Virus record (IMG/VR): IMGVR_UViG_3300044836_000052
Span: 1 to 41,741 of that record
Length of the DNA stretch: 41,741 nucleotides
Origin: a virus
Lineage: Duplodnaviria; Caudoviricetes
Reading direction: 5' to 3' (one strand)
Below, piece by piece: positions 16,712 to 25,452 of the stretch (its first letter is position 1; every line of letters starts with the position of its first letter). Under the pieces are notes generated by a model. That model worked only from the letters and a program-made list of their open reading frames with translations, ran no database searches and was not told the origin of the DNA. Both the position numbers and the translations under genes were made by a program.

Positions 16712-17527
16712 TCACGCGTCGACCAGGTCGGCGGCGCGCTTCATGGCGGCGTCGACGATGGTGGACCGGTTGCGGTGGGCCTCCTCGTAGGCGGCGACGT
16801 GCAGGACGTGCTCGCGCTCGTCGGCCTCGAGCACGTGCGCAATGACGGCGCGGGCGGGGAGGCTCTCGTAGTCGGCGATCGGCGACCGGTTGGTGCGCCG
16901 GCCGGCCTCAAGCTCGGCGACCGCGTCGGCGTCGGCCTTGGCGTCCGCGGCGATCTGCTCGGCGGTGCGCTCGTCGACCTCGGGCGGGGGCGTGTCGTAC
17001 TCCCACTCGTCGTCGACGATCTCGGCATCGACGACGTCGTCGTCCTCGGCGGGGAGGGGCGGCAGGCCGGCGGCCTCGCGCTTCTCGGCGTCGAGGATGG
17101 CGACGCCGAACTCGTCGACGTCGACCGCGGGCGGCAGGTCGGGCGGCTCGACGTCGTCGATGTCGAGCTGGCCGGTGCGGGCCTTGTCGGCCTCGCGGTA
17201 GGCGGTGCGGCACTCCTGCAGGTACCGCTGGGCGACGTCGAAGTCGACGACCTCCCACATGTCCTGCACCTTGTAGGTCTCGAGGTAGAGCAGGCCGTCG
17301 TCGACCTCGTCGAAGCCGCCGGCGCGCTTGACCTTCGCCTCGACGACGAACACGACGCGGTCGCCGACGGTGTGCTCGCGCGTGCTGCGGTTGCCGGTGC
17401 CGACCAGGTTGGTCTTCATGCCGATCGGCTTGCGGCCGTGGTACTCGGGGAGCTCGAAGACGAGCTGCGTCGTCTCGGGTTCGGGCTCGGGGGCCTTGAT
17501 GGCCACGTCGGCCTGGTCGTCGGGCAT
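16712..17527 (-). CDS. Acidic hypothetical protein with small C-terminal helical domain
   Basis: AAGGAG RBS. C-terminus PIADYESL....V......AYEEAHRNRSTIV. Confidence 0.75.
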   Translation of the reverse strand: MPDDQADVAIKAPEPEPETTQLVFELPEYHGRKPIGMKTNLVGTGNRSTREHTVGDRVVFVVEAKVKRAGGFDEVDDGLLYLETYKVQDMWEVVDFDVAQRYLQECRTAYREADKARTGQLDIDDVEPPDLPPAVDVDEFGVAILDAEKREAAGLPPLPAEDDDVVDAEIVDDEWEYDTPPPEVDERTAEQIAADAKADADAVAELEAGRRTNRSPIADYESLPARAVIAHVLEADEREHVLHVAAYEEAHRNRSTIVDAAMKRAADLVDA

Positions 17528-17595
17528 GGTCGTGCTCCTTTTCGTGCGCGGCGCGGAGAGCCGCTGGTGTGCGGTTGGTGCGGTGGGCGACCGGG

Positions 17596-17639
17596 GCCGC
17601 CCGGCTGGTGTCACCTGGGTTGGAACTCAGCCGGGCGGC
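17596..17639. other. 12-bp perfect inverted repeat (possible terminator/attenuator) after xis
   Basis: GCCGCCCGGCTG-N20-CAGCCGGGCGGC in an intergenic gap. Confidence 0.45.
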
Positions 17640-17700
17640 GGCCGCTCCGACGCCGACGACGAAGCACTCGAAGGCCGACGGCGGCTTGATGACCGGGACA

Positions 17701-17913
17701 TCACGGCGCTGCGACCTGCGCGCGCACGGGCTCGATCCGGCTCGTCTCGATGAAGGCGACGATGTCGGAGCGGCGGAAGCGGTAGTAGCCGTTCGGGAGC
17801 TTGAGAGCGGCGATCTTGCGCTTCTCGACCCAGTCCTTCACGGTGTTCCCGGAGACGCCGATGAGCTCCCCAGCTTGCGCTGGCGTCAGGTCGTAGGGCT
17901 CGGGCGTCTGCAC
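17701..17913 (-). CDS. Excisionase/Cro-like HTH protein
   Basis: LTPAQAGELIGVSGNTVKDWVEKRKIAALKLPNGYYRFRRSDI. Divergent from the repressor. Confidence 0.9.
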   Translation of the reverse strand: MQTPEPYDLTPAQAGELIGVSGNTVKDWVEKRKIAALKLPNGYYRFRRSDIVAFIETSRIEPVRAQVAAP

Positions 17914-18027
17914 GACGTCATGAGTATCAAAGACTGGTTCAGATTACAAGGCTGTAGTTTGTAGATTCTCCATGATTCTCCACACCTACCCTTGTGTAAG
18001 CGTCAGAAGTTGCCGATACTGTCACCC
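17914..18027. promoter_or_regulatory. Divergent immunity control region; leaderless repressor promoter TTGTGT-N17-GATACT
   Basis: AT-rich intergenic region. -35 at 17992-17997, -10 at 18015-18020, ATG 7 nt later with no RBS. Confidence 0.65.
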
Positions 18028-18414
18028 ATGGCACGATCGAAGCCTCTGAGCCCAGCGCAGGAGCGCGCTCGCCGTACCTTCACGGCGATCCGCCAGCTGC
18101 GGGGCTACACGCACCAGCAGGTTGCCGAGCTAGCGGGTGTCTCCCGCGGCTTCGTCGAGTCGAAGAGCTGCGGCAACGCAGCCATCGACGTCAAGGACAT
18201 CGAACTCCTCGCCCAGGCGCTCGACGTCTCCGAGCACGTGTTCCTGATGGAACCGGCCGAGGCGAAGATGGTGGTCGCCCGGGCGGACTTCGAGCGAGAG
18301 CCGGCGCGTAAGGCGGTCGGCGCTGACAGTCCTACCATTTGGTATAGAGAGCCGCGCGAGGGGCGGCACCTGGCCCGCGGCCGCCTCACGCTGGTCTCGT
18401 CGGTGGCGTCGTGA
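18028..18414 (+). CDS. XRE-family immunity repressor
   Basis: IRQLRGYTHQQVAELAGVSRGFV...G...IDVKDIELLAQALDVS. Confidence 0.85.
   Translation: MARSKPLSPAQERARRTFTAIRQLRGYTHQQVAELAGVSRGFVESKSCGNAAIDVKDIELLAQALDVSEHVFLMEPAEAKMVVARADFEREPARKAVGADSPTIWYREPREGRHLARGRLTLVSSVAS
18329..18348. other. Candidate attP core within the repressor gene
   Basis: Isolated AT-rich dyad TACCA-TT-TGGTA at 18333-18344, downstream of the HTH-coding part. Confidence 0.45.
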
Positions 18415-18698
18415 CCGCCGCGGCACGCCTCGCTGAACAGCTCGGCGACACGCGAGACGCCGACGGCCTCTGGAGCCTCGCCCGTGCGCTACACCTGGTC
18501 GCGCTCGAGCTCGACACGACGATCCTCGGTCCGGCCCAGCACCGGCTCAGCGACGGAGTGGGGAGCGACGACCACCTGGGCTTCCTGCAGACAGCCGGCG
18601 AGGTCGCGGGCCTGCAGTCGGCCAGCCGGTTCCTGCTGCAGGTCGTCGACCAGCTGCAACACGAGGGCGACGCCCGGCGGCTGCCTGACGTGGCATGA
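18411..18698 (+). CDS. Hypothetical protein between repressor and integrase
   Basis: GTGA and ATGA overlaps with both neighbours. Confidence 0.65.
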   Translation: MTAAARLAEQLGDTRDADGLWSLARALHLVALELDTTILGPAQHRLSDGVGSDDHLGFLQTAGEVAGLQSASRFLLQVVDQLQHEGDARRLPDVA

Positions 18699-19720
18699 GC
18701 GAAACGCCTATTGCGCAGGTGGTCGCGCTTCGGCGTACAGTCCCGGCCCAGCGGGGAGCCCCACCAGCCGATTCTGACCTTCCGACGCCGCACGCGATGC
18801 ATGTCCTCCCTGCCCGCGCGGGCGATCACGGAAGGGACATCATCGACTTGTTCACCCTGGACCCCTACATCGACGCGTACGTCCGCGAGCGGCGCCAGAA
18901 GGGCGAGGTCGCGCCGAGCACCATCAGCGACCTGCGCTCGAGGCTGCACAGCCTGTCGGTCTCGTTTGGCGCCCGGCCCATCACGCGCTTCGGTGAGGTT
19001 GCCGTCGACCGGTGGCTGCGCACGATCGGCCACATGCGGCCCGCGAGCAAGCGCGCGTACCTCTCGACGGTCAAGACGTTCGCCCGATGGATGGTGCGCC
19101 GTGGCCACCTTCGCCAGGACCCGACGGAGGACTGCGCCCGGATCCGAGAGCCGCGCCGGGACCCACGGGCCCTGCCGGCGGCGGTCGTAGCGCGGCTGCT
19201 CAACAGCCGGCCAGACCTCCGGAGCCAGGCGATTCTGTGGCTCATGCTCGGAGTCGGCCTGCGCTGCTGCGAGGTCGCCTGGCTGCGCGTCGAGGACTTC
19301 GACGCCATCGGCCTGACGCTCTTCGTCATCGGCAAGGGCAGCCACGAGCGGACCCTGCCGGCGCCGCAGATCCTCGGCTCGAAGCTCAACGCGTACATCC
19401 GCTCGACGAGCTCGACGAGCGGGCCGCTGATCCGATCCGAGACCAACCCCGCGCACGGGCTCGAGCCGGCGAGCGTCTCCCAGCTCGTCACCGGCTGGAT
19501 GTGGGAGTGCGGCATCAAGCACCGGCCCCACGACGGCATCTCGGCCCACGCGTTGCGCCACACGTGCCTCTCCGACGTCGCCGAGGTGTGCAAGGACATG
19601 CGGGTGGTGATGGCGCTCGGCGGCCATTCGAACCTCGCGACGGCGTCGGTCTATCAGCAGCGAATGGAGCTCGAGAGGATGCGCGACGCCGTGGAGGGGC
19701 GCACGTACCAGGCGGCCTAG
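18695..19720 (+). CDS. int: Tyrosine integrase (XerC/D-like, no obvious arm-binding domain)
   Basis: GLRCCEV (R), GKG (K), HALRH, GGHS, final catalytic Y in ASVY. Confidence 0.93.
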   Translation: MSETPIAQVVALRRTVPAQRGAPPADSDLPTPHAMHVLPARAGDHGRDIIDLFTLDPYIDAYVRERRQKGEVAPSTISDLRSRLHSLSVSFGARPITRFGEVAVDRWLRTIGHMRPASKRAYLSTVKTFARWMVRRGHLRQDPTEDCARIREPRRDPRALPAAVVARLLNSRPDLRSQAILWLMLGVGLRCCEVAWLRVEDFDAIGLTLFVIGKGSHERTLPAPQILGSKLNAYIRSTSSTSGPLIRSETNPAHGLEPASVSQLVTGWMWECGIKHRPHDGISAHALRHTCLSDVAEVCKDMRVVMALGGHSNLATASVYQQRMELERMRDAVEGRTYQAA

Positions 19721-19851
19721 TTCTCGGTCTGGCGGTACCGTGAAGCCCAGACCGGCGCCCGTGCGCTGGGGCCACGGACAACGTCGGACTCGTCGTGGTC
19801 CCCGCACGGGAGGGGATCACCTCTTACCCGCAAGAACTAGCCTCGCCGCCC

Positions 19852-20241
19852 GTGCGCCGGGCACTCCTCGTCCTCGTCGTCGTCGTTGCTGTCGCGTGCT
19901 CCTCGAGCTCGTCGACCACGGGGTACAGGGCCGTCGATGGCTCAACGGTGCACATCTCGAACGCTGATCTCGCCACGTACTGCGCGGCGATGCTCAGCAT
20001 CACCACTACGTCCGACGCAGCGCAGAGTGCGGCGGCAGCGACCGTCGCAGCGAACGACCTCGATCGGCTCGCGGCCCGGACGGGCGACGCGGACACGGCA
20101 CGTCGCATCGCAGCAGTCAGGGACGGCATGAACGCGCTCGTGCGTGCAATCGGTGCCGGAGCGGCCGGCCAGCAGCTGATCGACGTCCTGACGCCGAGCC
20201 TCGACGCCATGCCGCCCTGCGGCGGCGCTGGGTCGCCCTAG
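19852..20241 (+). CDS. Lipoprotein (possible superinfection exclusion)
   Basis: MRRALLVLVVVVAVA-C lipobox followed by a Ser/Thr linker. TAGCCT -10-like box 8 nt upstream (leaderless). Confidence 0.7.
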   Translation: MRRALLVLVVVVAVACSSSSSTTGYRAVDGSTVHISNADLATYCAAMLSITTTSDAAQSAAAATVAANDLDRLAARTGDADTARRIAAVRDGMNALVRAIGAGAAGQQLIDVLTPSLDAMPPCGGAGSP

Positions 20242-20414
20242 CCGCCCTCCTGGGCCCGGTGGTCGGAGTGGGCGATCGCGAGCTGGTAGGCGGCGCCACG
20301 GGTGCGCACGAGGGCGTCGACGACGTGCTCGGCGGTAGTGCGTGTGTCGTTGCCGGCGGTGGCGGTGAGGACGACCTGGACGAGGTCTACGACCGGCTCG
20401 AGGTCCTCGTCCAC
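20238..20414 (-). CDS. Small hypothetical protein (not in ORF track)
   Basis: MDEDLEPVVDLVQVVLTATAGNDTRTTAEHVVDALVRTRG..., 58 aa, GC3-rich, converges on the lipoprotein stop. Confidence 0.5.
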   Translation of the reverse strand: MDEDLEPVVDLVQVVLTATAGNDTRTTAEHVVDALVRTRGAAYQLAIAHSDHRAQEGG

Positions 20415-20437
20415 GGGTTCACGCCCTGACCCTGACG

Positions 20438-20815
20438 TCAGCCACGCTTAGCTGCGGCCTTCTTGGCGGGGGCTCGCTTCCGGGCGGGCGGCTTCATCGC
20501 GGCAGCCGGCGGTTCCGGGAGCGGTGCGAGGCTGGCGACGTCGGCGAGGGCGGCCTTGCGGGCCAGGTGCGCGGCGGCCTGCGCCTGGGTCTCGGCCTGG
20601 AGGGTGGCGTTGACCGCTGCGGTGCGCTGCTGCTCGACGACCTTCGCGGTCGGGGTGACGTTCGACCAGACGATGAGGCCCAGGACGGCGTCGGCGACGG
20701 CGACGAGGCCGGCGACCTGCACGTCTGTCCACGTGACGATGTGGAGCAGCACGAGGGCGAGGAGGACCGCCTTGATGGCGGCGGACCAGGCGACGGGCTG
20801 GTTGCTGAACTTCAT
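20438..20815 (-). CDS. Holin
   Basis: Two TM segments, T..Q.A......VTP pattern, basic tail. Lies in the lysis cassette. Confidence 0.75.
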   Translation of the reverse strand: MKFSNQPVAWSAAIKAVLLALVLLHIVTWTDVQVAGLVAVADAVLGLIVWSNVTPTAKVVEQQRTAAVNATLQAETQAQAAAHLARKAALADVASLAPLPEPPAAAMKPPARKRAPAKKAAAKRG

Positions 20816-21267
20816 CCGGTGCCTCCCGGCGTGGTGGTCGTGGTGGTGGCGATCAGCTGCAGCGGCGGGATGACGGGCGCCTCGAGGAGGTTGCCGTCGG
20901 GGTCGAACTTCGGCGGCCGCGGTGTCGGGCAGAGGTCGCCGATGTGGGCGAGCGCGTCGCGGTCGGCGCTGATCGTGGTGGTGATCTGCTGCGCGATCTC
21001 CGGTGTCACGGCGTCGCGTGGCCTGATGACCGCGTTGGCGATGTCCGCGAAGAAGCGCTCGTCGTAGTCGCGGCGGCACGACTGAGCGGCGAAGCTCGCG
21101 GCGGTGTAGTCGGCGGTCGGGCGGTTGCGGCGCGCCGTCGTCGTGAGGTTCGAGATGGTGCTGCTCTTCTCGTAGTAGCCGGTCGCGTAGAAGACGAGCA
21201 CGACGAGGAACAGGCCACCGACGATCGAGAGGATGCCGCGCTTGATGCGCGGCCACGTGAGGGTCAT
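20812..21267 (-). CDS. Membrane-anchored lysis-cassette protein
   Basis: One N-terminal TM, two Cys, Pro/Thr-rich tail. Confidence 0.65.
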   Translation of the reverse strand: MTLTWPRIKRGILSIVGGLFLVVLVFYATGYYEKSSTISNLTTTARRNRPTADYTAASFAAQSCRRDYDERFFADIANAVIRPRDAVTPEIAQQITTTISADRDALAHIGDLCPTPRPPKFDPDGNLLEAPVIPPLQLIATTTTTTPGGTG

Positions 21268-21551
21268 GGGTGGTGCTGCTCCTGTTGTGGGTGCGGGGGT
21301 TCGGGGTGGGCGTACGGCCGGCCGGCCATGCAGTCGGCGGCCTTCTGGAACCACACGTCGCGCTCGTGCAGCGCGTCCTCGAGGCGGTTCTCGAGGGTGG
21401 CGATCGTGGCGTCCTTGTCGATGCGGAGCCGGTCGATCTCGGCTCGGTAGCGCTCCTCGGACCGGTCGCCGGCCTTGATGAGGAGGGTGGTGGCGATGCC
21501 GAAGAGCGTGACGAGCACGCCGAGCAGGGATGCTGCGCCGACGTCGCCCAT
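21264..21551 (-). CDS. TM + coiled-coil lysis-cassette protein
   Basis: SLLGVLVTLFGIATTLLI followed by a charged coiled coil. Confidence 0.7.
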   Translation of the reverse strand: MGDVGAASLLGVLVTLFGIATTLLIKAGDRSEERYRAEIDRLRIDKDATIATLENRLEDALHERDVWFQKAADCMAGRPYAHPEPPHPQQEQHHP

Positions 21552-21979
21552 CAGGTGGCACGTCGATCGACTCGGACCGCGAGGGGGACGAGCCCGCGGA
21601 GGAAGATGATTCCCCAGGCGATGAACTGGCTCGACCACGTGAGCACGGCCTGGCGGACGCCGCCGGCGGTGAGGAACCGCTGGGCGGCCGGCTTGTCGCC
21701 GAGGTAGGCGACGACGACGACGCCGGCGCGCATCGCGAAGGCGGCGAGGGTGGCGGACCCCGCGAGGATGACGAGCTCGCGGCGCATGGTGACGGCGGCA
21801 GCGAGGGAGAGGAGGCCGGCGCCGAGGAAGAGGGTGGCCCACCATCCGGGCGCGTCGAGGTAGGGCAGCTCGGTCGTCGACTGCGCCGAGCCGAAGAGGA
21901 TCAGCGCGAGGAGGACGAGCGTGGCGCGCGCGAACTTCGTCGAGAGCGGCTCGAGGTCGGTGATGATGGGGCGGGGCAT
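21551..21979 (-). CDS. Four-TM membrane protein (lysis cassette)
   Basis: Four hydrophobic segments, directly after the endolysin. Confidence 0.7.
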   Translation of the reverse strand: MPRPIITDLEPLSTKFARATLVLLALILFGSAQSTTELPYLDAPGWWATLFLGAGLLSLAAAVTMRRELVILAGSATLAAFAMRAGVVVVAYLGDKPAAQRFLTAGGVRQAVLTWSSQFIAWGIIFLRGLVPLAVRVDRRAT

Positions 21980-21991
21980 GGCCGCAGTCGG

Positions 21992-22786
21992 TCAGCTCGT
22001 GAGGATCTTCGCCGCGGCGGCGAGGAGCGTGTCGTCGTCTCGGAGCATGTTGAGCTGCTGCGGGTCGATGATCTGCACCGGGCCGTAGACGCTCACGAGG
22101 TACTGGTAGTGCTCGCTGTCGGGGCCGGGGAGCCCGTTGGCGCCGTCGTGGTCGGCGACGGTGAAACGGCTGAACCCGTCGGTCTTGTAGACGATCGAGC
22201 CGTACTCGGCGCCTCGAGGGTCCTTCGGACACTGGACCAGCGTGATCTTGGGCATGTCGTCGTCCTCCTGGTCGGTGGCCGGCGCCGGTGCGGCGCCGCC
22301 GAGCTGCTGGCGCGTGGCCTCGATGAGGTCAGCGAACTGGTCGAAGCGGGGGCCGGGCAGCGGGCAGGTGTGGCCGCCCCAGCTGCGCCCGCCGGCGAAG
22401 TGCGGCGTGTAGCCCGACTGGAACGGGTCGGTGTTGACGACGAGGGGAAAGGGGTCGATGGCGTGGAGCCAGGCGCAGAGGCGGCCGCCGGCGGTGATCT
22501 GCTCCGGGGTCAGCGGTTCGCCGGTCATGCCCTCGAACTCGATCGACCAGAAGTTGGGGTTGCCGTCGCCCTCGGCCCACGCCTTGACGTCGGTGTCGAC
22601 GTACTGCTCGATGACGCCGGTCTTGCTGATCCAGAAGTGCGATGACGCCTGCACGGCCGGGTCGTTGAAGCGGCGGAAGAGCGATCCGTAGCCGACCTGC
22701 GCGTGCGGGACCGGGCCGCGCACCGGATGGAACATGCGGCCGGACTGGTTGGCGACCGGACGCCACACGGCAAAGGGGCATCTCAC
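21992..22786 (-). CDS. Endolysin, N-acetylmuramoyl-L-alanine amidase (Amidase_2)
   Basis: VPHAQ, ASSHFWISKTGVIEQYVD..VKAWA..GN...SIEFEG, PH...GHTCP. Confidence 0.9.
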   Translation of the reverse strand: MRCPFAVWRPVANQSGRMFHPVRGPVPHAQVGYGSLFRRFNDPAVQASSHFWISKTGVIEQYVDTDVKAWAEGDGNPNFWSIEFEGMTGEPLTPEQITAGGRLCAWLHAIDPFPLVVNTDPFQSGYTPHFAGGRSWGGHTCPLPGPRFDQFADLIEATRQQLGGAAPAPATDQEDDDMPKITLVQCPKDPRGAEYGSIVYKTDGFSRFTVADHDGANGLPGPDSEHYQYLVSVYGPVQIIDPQQLNMLRDDDTLLAAAAKILTS

Positions 22787-22835
22787 GACGTGCTCCGCCT
22801 CGCTGCGCGAAGCGACGGGATCAGCCGAGGATCGC

Positions 22836-22985
22836 TCACGCGGAGTTGGCCTCGAGCTTGTTGACGCGCGCCGCCTGCTCGGCGATCGTCTGCTGCGCTT
22901 CCTGCAACTGCGCGGCGAGCTGCTGGACGGCGAGCTGCTGGCTGGCGATGAGCGCCAGCAGGGCGAGGATCTGCTCGGGGGTCAT
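22836..22985 (-). CDS. Small coiled-coil protein (possible fibre chaperone; not in ORF track)
   Basis: MTPEQILALLALIASQQLAVQQLAAQLQEAQQTIAEQAARVNKLEANSA. ATGA overlap with the fibre gene. Confidence 0.6.
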   Translation of the reverse strand: MTPEQILALLALIASQQLAVQQLAAQLQEAQQTIAEQAARVNKLEANSA

Positions 22986-25441
22986 CCGACGAGTCCGAGG
23001 GCCTGAAGGTCGTCGATCAGGGCGGTGACGCCCTGGAGGAGGTCGATGTGGTCGGCGCGCAGCGCGTCGAACTCTGCCTTCGTCGGGGTGGCGCCGGCGG
23101 CGACCGCCGACGTCAGCGCAGCGATGGTCTTGTCGGCGGTGTTGTACGTCTGGGTGTACGCGCCGGGCCGGACGACGGGTGTGGCGTTGAAGAAGCCGAG
23201 CTTCTGGGTGGTGGCGGTGCCGATCTTCGTGCCGGTGGTGGCGTTCAGGATGATGTTCTTCGCGTCGGGCATCGTGAGGTGCCCGCCGCCCACCAGGTCG
23301 CCGACGACAGTCAACGTCGCCGCCGCGGAGCGATAGATGCCGGTGTCGGACGCCGAGCCAAACAGCACGGCCGGGACGCCGAATGAGTTGCCGAGAGCGA
23401 CCTGCACGGCGCTGCCGGGCATCACGATCAGGTTCGACGCGTTGATCTGCAAGGCGCGCGTGCCGCCGGCCGACACGTCGAGCCCGTTGGCGACGCTGGA
23501 GTAGATGCCCGTGTCGGTGTCACCGACGAGCGTGATGCCCGGCGCTGCCAGTGTCCCGCCCTTCACCTGCAGCTGGCCGTTCGCGCCGACCGCCAAGTAG
23601 ATCGCGTTGGCGTTGTCGGTGATCTGCAGCAGGTTCTTCGTGCCGGCCAACGGCTGGGTGATGACGATGCCGAAGATGTCGATGGCGGGCTGCACCCACA
23701 GCGCCTGGGTGGGAAGGGTCCCGCCGCGGAACGTCGGGTCGACCTGGCCGGTGGCGAGGTGCTGCCACCCTTGCCCTTGGATGTCGCCGTTGGCGGTGAC
23801 GTAGAACCGGATGGCGTTGCCGAGGATCGTCTCGTTGGCGTGCTTGTCGACGACCATGATCGGGAACGAGCCATAGTTGGCGTGGGTGGACGCGCCGTAC
23901 GTAGCGTCCGTGACCTCGACGACGATGCCGGCCGCGTCATCACTGAGCGGCTTCACGACGAGCCCGGCGAAGATGTCGATGGGCACCGCGGCGGGCGTGG
24001 TGCCGATGCCGACACGAGTCGCCGGGTTGTAGTTGACGCCGAGGGCGCCAGACATCTGGTCCCCCGACTTCGCCACCTTGAGCGCCAGCGCGTCGAACAC
24101 GGCGTTCTGCGAGGGAGCGACGCCCGTGACCGCGTCGGCGATGGCGTCGGCGACCTTGGCGTCGGCGTAGGCGGTCGTCGCGAGGCGGGTCGAGTTGTCG
24201 CCGGGCGTCTCGGTGACCCCGGTGGGGTGACCCGTGAAAACGGGGGACGCCTTGGGAGCGAGGGCCGACAGGTCCTGGTCGCCGGTGTTCGTACCGGAGC
24301 TCGTGCCGGAGTGTGTGCCGGAGAACGTGCCGGACTGGGTGGCGAGCGTGCCGAGGCCCAGCGTGGCGCGCATGGCGGTGTCGTCGGCGTCGTCGAGCAG
24401 GGACCGGGCGAACGTGCTGAACGTCGCCAGCGACACCGCGCCGAGCCCGGTGAAGTACGGCAGCCGGTCGGCGGCACCGACAAGGGCGGCGAGGGCGGTC
24501 AGGTTCGCGTTCGACGCCTGCTTGCCAGCCAGCGCCGTCGTCATGGTCGCCGCGAAGTTCGGGTCGTCGCCAAGCGCGGCGGCGATCTCGTCGAGCGTGT
24601 CGAGCAGCCCGGGCGCGGACGCGACGAGCGCTGCGATCGCCGTGGCGATGGCGGTGTCTCGAGCGGTCGCCTCGGCAGCGACCAGCGACGTGACTTCGGC
24701 GTCGCGGGCGATGGCGGCGGGGATGCGGGCGTCGGCGACGGTGCCCGACGTGAGGTTGTCGGCGTTGCGGGCGAGCGCCGCCTCGGCAGCGACCGCGGCG
24801 GCGACCTCGGCGTCGCGGGCGATCGCCGCGGGGATGCGCGCGTCGAGAAGGGTGCCGGTGGTGATCTGGCTCGCGTCGAGCGCGACCTCGTCGCTGCCGC
24901 CGTCGGCGTGGCTCGCAGCGTGCGCGGTCGGGGTGCGAGCGTCGCTGAGGCGGGCGTCGTTGATCGGGGCCCGGCCGGCTACTTGAGCGTCGGTGTACGC
25001 CTCACCGGCTGCGAGCGCTGCCGCTGCAGCGCCGGCTGTGTCAGCGCCGACGTCGGACGCGACGAGGACGACAGCACCCGTGCGTCCTTGCACCGAGTCG
25101 ACCGCCCCGCTGGAGGGCGCTGGCAGCGCCGTGGGCTCGAGCGCGAGGTGCGCACCGACGTCCTCCGCGGCGCCGGAGATCGGGACGGTGAACGTCTGGA
25201 CGACCCGTGATCTGCCGGTGGAGGTGATGGCGCGGTAGACGGTGCCCGGCGGTGTGATCTCGGCGTTCGGGACGAGCTTGAGCTGCCAGACGCCGGTCTC
25301 GTCGGTGGTCGTCGTGGCGGCCATCAGGATTGCCCCGCCGCTGGTGTAGGCCGGACCCTCACCATCGAGCGCGGCGACGAGTTGGACGGTCACGGCGAGC
25401 CCGGCGACGGGAGTGGCGCCATCGAGCACCGTCTGACGCAT
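22982..25441 (-). CDS. Tail fibre / receptor-binding protein
   Basis: Mosaic of fibre motifs: VDSVQGRTGAVVL, APGLLDTLDEIAAALGDDPNFAAT, APKASPVFTG.P, GTKIGTATTQKLGFF. Internal repeat DARIPAAIARDAEV x2. Confidence 0.85.
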   Translation of the reverse strand: MRQTVLDGATPVAGLAVTVQLVAALDGEGPAYTSGGAILMAATTTTDETGVWQLKLVPNAEITPPGTVYRAITSTGRSRVVQTFTVPISGAAEDVGAHLALEPTALPAPSSGAVDSVQGRTGAVVLVASDVGADTAGAAAAALAAGEAYTDAQVAGRAPINDARLSDARTPTAHAASHADGGSDEVALDASQITTGTLLDARIPAAIARDAEVAAAVAAEAALARNADNLTSGTVADARIPAAIARDAEVTSLVAAEATARDTAIATAIAALVASAPGLLDTLDEIAAALGDDPNFAATMTTALAGKQASNANLTALAALVGAADRLPYFTGLGAVSLATFSTFARSLLDDADDTAMRATLGLGTLATQSGTFSGTHSGTSSGTNTGDQDLSALAPKASPVFTGHPTGVTETPGDNSTRLATTAYADAKVADAIADAVTGVAPSQNAVFDALALKVAKSGDQMSGALGVNYNPATRVGIGTTPAAVPIDIFAGLVVKPLSDDAAGIVVEVTDATYGASTHANYGSFPIMVVDKHANETILGNAIRFYVTANGDIQGQGWQHLATGQVDPTFRGGTLPTQALWVQPAIDIFGIVITQPLAGTKNLLQITDNANAIYLAVGANGQLQVKGGTLAAPGITLVGDTDTGIYSSVANGLDVSAGGTRALQINASNLIVMPGSAVQVALGNSFGVPAVLFGSASDTGIYRSAAATLTVVGDLVGGGHLTMPDAKNIILNATTGTKIGTATTQKLGFFNATPVVRPGAYTQTYNTADKTIAALTSAVAAGATPTKAEFDALRADHIDLLQGVTALIDDLQALGLVG

Positions 25442-25452
25442 CAGGGTCCTGC

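Noticed and set aside
157-17689. Long Arg/Pro-rich alternative-frame ORFs and N-terminal extensions in the ORF track
   Set aside because: Stop-poor frames typical of high-GC DNA. Real starts were reassigned using RBS and stop/start overlaps.
19721-19851. tRNA-like attP downstream of the integrase
   Set aside because: No T-arm (GTTCGA..C) or CCA-like segment and no AT-rich core is visible. It cannot be fully excluded without host sequence.
19837-20243. Plus-strand CTAGCC at 19837 and 20238 as late-promoter copies
   Set aside because: Neither has CANNNT 6 nt downstream. One is a TAGCCT -10 box and the other is overlapping stop codons.
22790-22835. Hairpin occluding the endolysin RBS
   Set aside because: Only a 5-bp core stem, which is expected by chance at this GC content.
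24690-24850. Duplicated segment in the fibre gene as a DGR template/variable repeat
   Set aside because: It is an in-frame protein repeat (DARIPAAIARDAEV) and no reverse transcriptase is present.
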